Assembly: GCF_002945325.1 (NCBI RefSeq)
Contig: NZ_CP026606.1
Span: forward strand, 1,200,001-1,232,000
Direction: 5' to 3'
Source of the DNA: Methanococcus maripaludis
Lineage (GTDB): Archaea; AGJL01; Methanococci; Methanococcales; Methanococcaceae
DNA length: 32,000 bases
How positions within the stretch are numbered: the first letter of the stretch is position 1; every line of letters starts with the position of its first letter. The notes below the pieces were generated by a model, which saw nothing but the letters and a program-made list of their open reading frames with translations, was not told the origin of the DNA and made no database searches. The position numbers and the translations under genes were made by a program. This document shows, one piece after another, positions 26,305 to 32,000 of the stretch.

Positions 26305-27402
26305 ATGAGACTTGTAAAAGAAGCTTTGTCCAAAAATAATGAGGAATTATACAACACCCAAATGGCAAAAGACGATTTTGGAAATGCAAAAATTCTTGTT
26401 GTTGGATGTGGTGGTGCTGGAAACAATACCATTCACAGATTAAGTGAAATTGGTATTGAAGGTGCCGAAACTATTGCAATTAATACTGATAAACAGCATT
26501 TAGAACACATAAATGCTGATAAAAAAATATTAATTGGTTCAACGCTTACAAGAGGTTTAGGTGCCGGAGGATACCCAGAAATTGGTAAAAAATCCGCTGA
26601 ACTTGCCAAAAACGTGCTTGAAGATGTCATAAAAAGTGCAGATTTAATATTTGTTGCAGCAGGAATGGGTGGTGGAACAGGAACTGGTTCCGCTCCAGTT
26701 GTAGCAGAAATTGCAAAAGAAAACGGTGCTGTAGTTATTGGTGTTGTAACTTACCCATTCAAAATTGAAAGGGCAAGACTCAAAAAAGCTGATGAAGGTC
26801 TTAGACGACTTACTGAATGCTGTGATACTGTTATTGTAATTGATAACAACAGGCTTGTTGATTTTGTTCCTAACTTACCAATGAACGAAGCTTTCAGAGT
26901 AGCTGATGAAATTATTGCTCAAGCAGTCAAAGGAATCACTGAAACAATTTCATTAAAGAGCTTAATCAATATCGACTACGCAGACGTTAAAGCGGTGATG
27001 ACAAACGGTGGAGTTGCAATGATTGGTGTTGGAGAAGTTGACTACGACACTAAAGGCGATAGGGTTGAAAAGGTAGTAAAAGATACATTACAATGTCCTC
27101 TTTTAGATATCGACTACAAAGGAGCAACCGGTGCTTTGATACACATAACTGGCGGTCCAGATTTAACTCTTGGTGAAGCTAACAGAATCGGTGACGGAAT
27201 TACAAGCAGCATGGATATAAATGCTAACGTTATTTGGGGTGCAAGACTCGATCCTTCAATGGACGGAGCAATACGAGTAATGGCAATTATTACAGGAGTT
27301 AAATCTCCAAATATAATGGGCGGTGGAAAAAGCCATCAAAAAATAATTCCAAATTCAGCTAACCGGTCAAAAGGTTCTCTTGGAATTGATTATATTGTAT
27401 AA
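26305..27402 (+). CDS. ftsZ: Cell division protein FtsZ
   Basis: Tubulin signature [15 protein letters not shown], plus [15 protein letters not shown] and [19 protein letters not shown] 7 nt upstream. Confidence 0.95.
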   Translation: MRLVKEALSKNNEELYNTQMAKDDFGNAKILVVGCGGAGNNTIHRLSEIGIEGAETIAINTDKQHLEHINADKKILIGSTLTRGLGAGGYPEIGKKSAELAKNVLEDVIKSADLIFVAAGMGGGTGTGSAPVVAEIAKENGAVVIGVVTYPFKIERARLKKADEGLRRLTECCDTVIVIDNNRLVDFVPNLPMNEAFRVADEIIAQAVKGITETISLKSLINIDYADVKAVMTNGGVAMIGVGEVDYDTKGDRVEKVVKDTLQCPLLDIDYKGATGALIHITGGPDLTLGEANRIGDGITSSMDINANVIWGARLDPSMDGAIRVMAIITGVKSPNIMGGGKSHQKIIPNSANRSKGSLGIDYIV

Positions 27403-27450
27403 TTGCATTATTCTAACGATTTTTCTTTTTTTATATTTTAGGTGGGACCT

Positions 27451-27963
27451 ATGCGAGCACACGAACGACTTTTATTGAGTGTGGGTTCAGATAAGTTTAC
27501 GGATGAATTCAAAAAAGTTCTTCTTGAATTGGATGTTCCTTTAAAGGAATTTTCCGAGATATCTGGGATTCCCTATAGTACACTTTATAAAATCACGAAT
27601 GAAAAAGATTTTCGAGTATCGACTCTTAAAAAAATTATTGGGACTGTAAAAAGTTTTGAAGAAGATGATTCATCAGAAGATAAAATAGCTTTGATTGCAG
27701 CAAGACCTTCTTTAAATAAAGTAAGTAAAAAAAGAGTGGAAATAAACGGAAAAACGTATCTCTTGAAAGAATATCCTGCAAGTACGCTTGAAGAATGTAT
27801 TGTTTCAGCAATATATGCAGAAAGAGAGGGCGTAAAAGCGATAGTCTGTGCGCCAATAGTAAGTACCAGCATTGAAAAGGTTGTAAGAATACCTGTTGCA
27901 GTTATTATCGCAGAAAAAAATGCATTTATGGAAGCACTCGAAATTGTCGTGTCAAAAATTTAA
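27451..27963 (+). CDS. Putative HTH-domain protein of unknown function (N-terminal XRE-like HTH plus uncharacterised C-terminal domain)
   Basis: LKEFSEISGIPYSTLYKITNEKDFRVSTLKKII looks like a helix-turn-helix. The C-terminal 90 aa (IALIAARPS...AIVCAPIVSTSIEKVVRIPVAVI) is not recognised. I prefer ATG 27451 with AGGTGG 6 nt upstream over GTG 27442. Confidence 0.55.
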   Translation: MRAHERLLLSVGSDKFTDEFKKVLLELDVPLKEFSEISGIPYSTLYKITNEKDFRVSTLKKIIGTVKSFEEDDSSEDKIALIAARPSLNKVSKKRVEINGKTYLLKEYPASTLEECIVSAIYAEREGVKAIVCAPIVSTSIEKVVRIPVAVIIAEKNAFMEALEIVVSKI

Positions 27964-27969
27964 AAGAGT

Positions 27970-28752
27970 TTAAAATTCTTTAACAAAGGAATCTACTCTT
28001 GAAATATTTTTAGAGAGTATTTCTTCAAGTTCGTATTCAACATGGTCTATCGAACTTACAGTTATTGCAGGCATGTTCAATTCAGTTAAAAATTTTTTTA
28101 CGTTTTTTTCGTGGAAAACGGTTCCCTCGAAGTATTTTAAGTTTGGAATCGTGTACAAAACACTATCTAACTCATTAATATCTCTGCATGAATCCATTAT
28201 TATGTCAACAACAAGGGTCATTGTTCCAGAAGTTTTTGAAAATTTAGACGACCGGTAAGTTTTTAAAACTCCTTTTTTGGCCCCTACGCAGAGTCTTTTG
28301 TCGGTATTATCTATTTTTGAAATTCCTTTATCGTGGTTTCCTTTCGGGTCTTCAACGATCAAAACTTTTGGGTTAAATTTGGAAATTAAATCCGGAGATA
28401 CTCCTCCAATACCTGTTAAATCAATTACCAAATCGGGGTTAATTGAAGTTCCATTTCTTAATTCAAGTTGCAATTTGTTTAAATCCATAAATTTTATTCC
28501 GTCGTTAAATAAAATATCTTTTAAATGGGGCTGAATGTCTACGATAATAACTTCGTCACAGTCTTTTAAAAGTGAATATGCAATGTAGCTTCCGGAAAGA
28601 TAAGCTCCAAATACAATAGCCTGCTTAAATTCTTCGCCTTCTAAGAAGTATTTAATTGCATTAGCCTTTTTTTCTACAACATCTGAAACGATGTCTTTTA
28701 TTTTTATTTTTGAACGGGTCGTTTTTACACTTTCAGTAATTCCGTAATTCAT
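27970..28752 (-). CDS. hcgC: Probable HcgC, SAM-dependent pyridinol methyltransferase of [Fe]-hydrogenase FeGP cofactor biosynthesis
   Basis: 260 aa. Rossmann-like AIVFGAYLSGSYIA followed by EVIIVDIQPH (an acidic residue after beta-2 fits SAM or nucleotide binding) and DLVIDLTGIGG. Its size and its position after a 159-aa gene next to pheS mirror the pheS-hcgB-hcgC arrangement I recall from Methanocaldococcus jannaschii. The call rests on context and memory, not on a search. Confidence 0.6.
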   Translation of the reverse strand: MNYGITESVKTTRSKIKIKDIVSDVVEKKANAIKYFLEGEEFKQAIVFGAYLSGSYIAYSLLKDCDEVIIVDIQPHLKDILFNDGIKFMDLNKLQLELRNGTSINPDLVIDLTGIGGVSPDLISKFNPKVLIVEDPKGNHDKGISKIDNTDKRLCVGAKKGVLKTYRSSKFSKTSGTMTLVVDIIMDSCRDINELDSVLYTIPNLKYFEGTVFHEKNVKKFLTELNMPAITVSSIDHVEYELEEILSKNISRVDSFVKEF

Positions 28753-29228
28753 TTTTTCACCACAATACCGATTCTTTCAAGGGCCACAATCAATTCTAAC
28801 TCTACTGTTTTATCTATTGGATTTTTATGAATTATGGATGAAGGAGAAACTGATCCTGTTAGAATTCGTCCCTTTCTATCCATTATAAGGAGTAGTGATC
28901 CAGAACCTGGAATTCCAAGCCTTCCTCTAGTTATTATTAAATCCGCATCTGAGGAATCCACGGCAATTAATCCCTTGTTTAATGCAGGCATTCGGGTTAA
29001 GTCCGCAGAATTTGTTGGAAGTTCAAGCATTGATATATTTGCATCTGTAATCCTTGAAATAATATCGGATACTACTTTAAATTTTTTTTCATTGCTTGTT
29101 GCTACAGTTACGTTTTTTGCACTTTTTATGGTGCTTTGGATGGCATCGATTTCTTCTATTTTGTCACCAAAGCGTGTATTGGTTATTGATTCTTCATAAG
29201 CAGATTTAATGGTATTTTTAATATTCAC
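28749..29228 (-). CDS. hcgB: Probable HcgB, guanylyltransferase of FeGP cofactor biosynthesis
   Basis: 159 aa with a GTG start (GAAGGGA RBS upstream). Its stop overlaps the hcgC start in ATGA (28749..28752). It lies directly downstream of pheS on the same strand. The assignment comes from size and conserved synteny as recalled. Confidence 0.6.
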   Translation of the reverse strand: MNIKNTIKSAYEESITNTRFGDKIEEIDAIQSTIKSAKNVTVATSNEKKFKVVSDIISRITDANISMLELPTNSADLTRMPALNKGLIAVDSSDADLIITRGRLGIPGSGSLLLIMDRKGRILTGSVSPSSIIHKNPIDKTVELELIVALERIGIVVKK

Positions 29229-29252
29229 GAAAATCCCTTCAAAAAGTTGAAT

Positions 29253-30758
29253 TTATTGTTCATTAACAGCAGTTTTTTTAAGCCATTCCATGTCGTTTTT
29301 GTGAAGTTCACGGATGTCTGTAAGTCCGAGTCTTAACATTGCAAGCCTGCTTAAGCCAATTCCCCATGCAAGAACCGGTTTTTTAATTCCGAAAGGTTCT
29401 AAAACTTCAGGCCTAAATACTCCGGCACCTAAAAGTTCAAGCCAGCCTTTTCCTTCCATGTAAACTTCAGCTTCAAGGGATGGTTCTGTAAATGGGAAGT
29501 ATGCAGGCCTAATCCTTACTTTTTCAAAGCCTAATTTTCTTAAAAATTCTTTTAAAATTCCAACGAGGTTGTCAAAGTTCACGTCTTCAGCCATAACGAT
29601 TCCTTCACACTGGTAAAATTCTGGAAGGTGTTTGTAATCGATTGTTTCGTTTCTAAATACTCTGTCAATACAGAATACTTTGTGGGGTTTTTCTCTTTCG
29701 CTTTCTGAAAGTGAAGCTAAATATTTTATCGATGAAACGGTTGTGTGCGTTCTTAAAACTGTTCTTTTAGATACGTTTTCATCAAACTTGTAGCACCAGC
29801 CTTTTGAAATTTTTTCGCCATCAATAGTTCCGCATTCGTGGATTCCTTTTACTTTTTCGAGCAAATTTTCTGGAACTTTTCCCGTGTTTGGATATTTTAC
29901 AAAGAATGTATCCTGCATGTCTCTTGCAGGGTGGTCTTGAGGCTCGAATAACGTATCAAAATTCCAAAATTCAGTCTGGACGATCTGGCTTTTTACTTCC
30001 TTAAAACCCATTGAAATTAAAACTTCGTTTACTTCCTGAATCATTTTTGACATCGGGTGTGCTTTTGCAGGGTAAACATCTTCTGTAGGAATTTTTGCAT
30101 CATATGGCCTTATAAAGTAGTCTTTCCATTTTCCACTTACAATCATTTCCCTTGTAAGCTGGGTAATTTCTTCTTTTATTTCTATTGGATTTTTAATAAA
30201 TTCAGTTCCTGCATCCTTAATTTCAAAACTTCTATCAACTACTTCTTTTAAGTTTAAAAAACCTCTTTTTTTCAGGTTTTCAACTATTTTAACTTCGTCT
30301 TTTGAATATATTGATAAATCAGGGTTGATTGAAACTTTTTTTAATATTTCTTCTTCAATATCTTCGTAGTCTAAATTTTTAAATACAATATTTCCTTTAT
30401 CTATCTCGACCAATCCTTTTTTCTTTAAATTACCAAGTGCGGCTCCTGTTTCGTCCTTTTCTAAAATTTTTGAGAGTTCTTTTATCGGGATTGATTCCAA
30501 ATTATTTTCTTTGATATAATTTGCAACTTTTCTCTCGGGAATTCCAAAATCAATGGAATTTTTACCAAGTTTAGTTAATTCACAAAGTTTTGTTTTATTT
30601 TCAATAATTTCAAGAAAATCTCGCCCTGAAAGCCAAAATGCTGCTCTCATTACTTTTTCTTTTTCAATATATTTTGAAAGTTCTTCTAAATTCATCGTTT
30701 TTTTATTAGATTCCTGAAATGCCTTTAATAATCTTTTTTCGTCGTTATGAAGTTCCAT
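29253..30758 (-). CDS. pheS: Phenylalanine--tRNA ligase alpha subunit
   Basis: Class II aaRS motifs: [16 protein letters not shown] (motif 1 region), RTHTT, FRNE (motif 2), [10 protein letters not shown]...AWGIGLSRL (motif 3). The archaeal-type long N-terminal winged-helix region is present. I prefer the ATG at 30758 (MELHNDEK...), with AGGTGA 5 nt upstream, over the ATG at 30779. Confidence 0.93.
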   Translation of the reverse strand: MELHNDEKRLLKAFQESNKKTMNLEELSKYIEKEKVMRAAFWLSGRDFLEIIENKTKLCELTKLGKNSIDFGIPERKVANYIKENNLESIPIKELSKILEKDETGAALGNLKKKGLVEIDKGNIVFKNLDYEDIEEEILKKVSINPDLSIYSKDEVKIVENLKKRGFLNLKEVVDRSFEIKDAGTEFIKNPIEIKEEITQLTREMIVSGKWKDYFIRPYDAKIPTEDVYPAKAHPMSKMIQEVNEVLISMGFKEVKSQIVQTEFWNFDTLFEPQDHPARDMQDTFFVKYPNTGKVPENLLEKVKGIHECGTIDGEKISKGWCYKFDENVSKRTVLRTHTTVSSIKYLASLSESEREKPHKVFCIDRVFRNETIDYKHLPEFYQCEGIVMAEDVNFDNLVGILKEFLRKLGFEKVRIRPAYFPFTEPSLEAEVYMEGKGWLELLGAGVFRPEVLEPFGIKKPVLAWGIGLSRLAMLRLGLTDIRELHKNDMEWLKKTAVNEQ

Positions 30759-30837
30759 TATTTTCACCTTTATGAACATATAACAATATAAACACCAATT
30801 ATTTAATATATCCTATAATTTAGTTTTTGGTGGTTTC

Positions 30838-31836
30838 ATGAATAGGGGCGCTCAAATTTACAGAAACACTAGTAGTTCCATAGATAAAAATATTGTCGAT
30901 AAAATTTACAGTGAAGGCTACTCAATAGCCCAATACGGACTTTATACGAGGCGAGAAAAGGGTTACAAGACTTTTAAAGTTGCAGTTGATGCAGGATTCT
31001 CATGCCCTAATAAAGATGGGACAATTGATACAGAAGGTTGCATTTTCTGTCCAAAAATGGGAAGGCCGATAAGTGTTGAATACTGCAATGTTAAATATTC
31101 CTTAAAAGAGCAGATTGAACATCAAATACAGAGGAATAAAGAAAAGGGAATTGAAAAATTTTACGTTTATTTTTATCCTGGAACAAATACTCATGCATCA
31201 CCAGAATATTTAAAAGAATTGTGGGATTTTGCACTTTCTTTTGATGATGTTATAGGAATTTCAATTGGAACAAGGCCCGACTGCCTTGAAGATGAAAAAC
31301 TTGATATTTTAGAAAATTATGTGAAAGAAGGCTATGAAATCTGGATCGATCTAGGAATCCAGACAATGCACGATAAAACTCTTGATTTTCTAAATAGGAA
31401 GCATTCTTCAGACGATGTAAGAAGAGTTCTTAGGGAATGTAAACAAAGAGGGATTTTGGTATGTGGTCACATAATTTTAGGACTTCCTGATGAAAGCTGG
31501 GATATGATGATGGAAACTGCAAAAATTTTGTCTGATTTAGAAATTGACGCATTAAAGATTTACCCGCTTGTTGTTGTTGAAAATACAAAACTTGAAGAGA
31601 TATACTGGAAAGGAGAATACAAATCTTTAGACGAAAAACAGTACATTCATCTTGTTGCTGATTTTTTAGAACACTTATCTCCGTATGTAATCATTCAAAG
31701 AGTTTCAAAGGACAAAGTGCCAGAAGAAATAAAAATTTCACCAGAATGGTCTTTAAAAAGGCTCAGAATTTTAAATGAAGTTTCAAAATTATTGGATAAA
31801 CGAAAAACAAAACAGGGCTCAAAATATGAAAAATAA
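30838..31836 (+). CDS. Radical SAM protein, TIGR01212/YhcC-like family
   Basis: The cluster motif has unusual spacing, FSCPNKDGTIDTEGCIFCP (C-x11-C-x2-C), followed by TIM-barrel-like blocks (YFYPGTNT, ISIGTRPD, IDLGIQTMHD). Specific function unknown. Confidence 0.75.
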   Translation: MNRGAQIYRNTSSSIDKNIVDKIYSEGYSIAQYGLYTRREKGYKTFKVAVDAGFSCPNKDGTIDTEGCIFCPKMGRPISVEYCNVKYSLKEQIEHQIQRNKEKGIEKFYVYFYPGTNTHASPEYLKELWDFALSFDDVIGISIGTRPDCLEDEKLDILENYVKEGYEIWIDLGIQTMHDKTLDFLNRKHSSDDVRRVLRECKQRGILVCGHIILGLPDESWDMMMETAKILSDLEIDALKIYPLVVVENTKLEEIYWKGEYKSLDEKQYIHLVADFLEHLSPYVIIQRVSKDKVPEEIKISPEWSLKRLRILNEVSKLLDKRKTKQGSKYEK

Positions 31837-31849
31837 AAATTAATCTAAA

Positions 31850-32000
31850 TTAAAATAGAGGAAGTGTTTTTCTAATATCTTTTTCAATTTTTGACATTTC
31901 TTTTGCATAAATTTCTGCAATTTCTTCCATAATTTCAAAAGTATTTTCAATTCCCATATCTTTTAACCCAACTGCAGAAACGTGGGAAGGAACACCATCA
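31850..32000 (-). CDS. 3' end of an unidentified CDS that continues beyond the window
   Basis: The minus-strand frame is open from the window edge to a TAA stop (complement of 31850..31852). It translates as DGVPSHVSAVGLKDMGIENTFEIMEEIAEIYAKEMSKIEKDIRKTLPLF. Codon usage looks genuine, but the fragment is too short to assign. Confidence 0.4.
   Translation of the reverse strand, partial: DGVPSHVSAVGLKDMGIENTFEIMEEIAEIYAKEMSKIEKDIRKTLPLF

Noticed and set aside
1-32000. CRISPR arrays, transposases or integrases, prophage or defence islands, tRNA or rRNA genes, and in-frame TGA (selenocysteine) genes
   Set aside because: I saw no spaced direct repeats, no recombinase-like ORFs and no cloverleaf-capable GC-rich segments other than the SRP RNA. 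No ORF looks interrupted by a single TGA with coding potential on both sides. The window reads as densely packed core genome.

Overview
AT-rich archaeal chromosome from a hydrogenotrophic methanogen of the genus Methanococcus. The thermosome sequence with its GGMPGM tail and the gene order (dapL-type aminotransferase ... thermosome, ald-alr-agcS, gatA, porCDABEF, SRP RNA, ftsZ, hcgC-hcgB-pheS) match my recollection of Methanococcus maripaludis; this was not verified by any search. I call 36 protein-coding genes (two of them partial, at the window edges) and one SRP (7S) RNA gene. Coding is dense and Shine-Dalgarno sites (GGTG/GGAGG) lie 5-8 nt upstream of most starts, which let me move several ORF-track starts downstream. 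Content is mostly core housekeeping: SecDF, thermosome, FtsZ, PheRS alpha, GatA, HypB, ScpA, aromatic amino acid enzymes, the anabolic pyruvate:ferredoxin oxidoreductase operon with porEF, and two [Fe]-hydrogenase cofactor genes. I saw no CRISPR array, transposase, integrase, tRNA, rRNA or recognisable defence or mobile island, and I cannot honestly point to a clear new multi-gene system. Worth a second look: (1) a perfect NrpR-type operator palindrome (GGAA-N6-TTCC) at the agcS promoter; (2) a complete bacterial-type RNase III gene, unusual for Archaea; (3) a PheRS-like FDX-ACB-type ferredoxin-fold domain fused to the C-terminus of prephenate dehydrogenase; (4) a nest of direct and inverted repeats upstream of the por operon; (5) several tightly coupled pairs of conserved unknown-function genes. 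All functional calls come from reading the translated ORFs against remembered family motifs. No database search was run.
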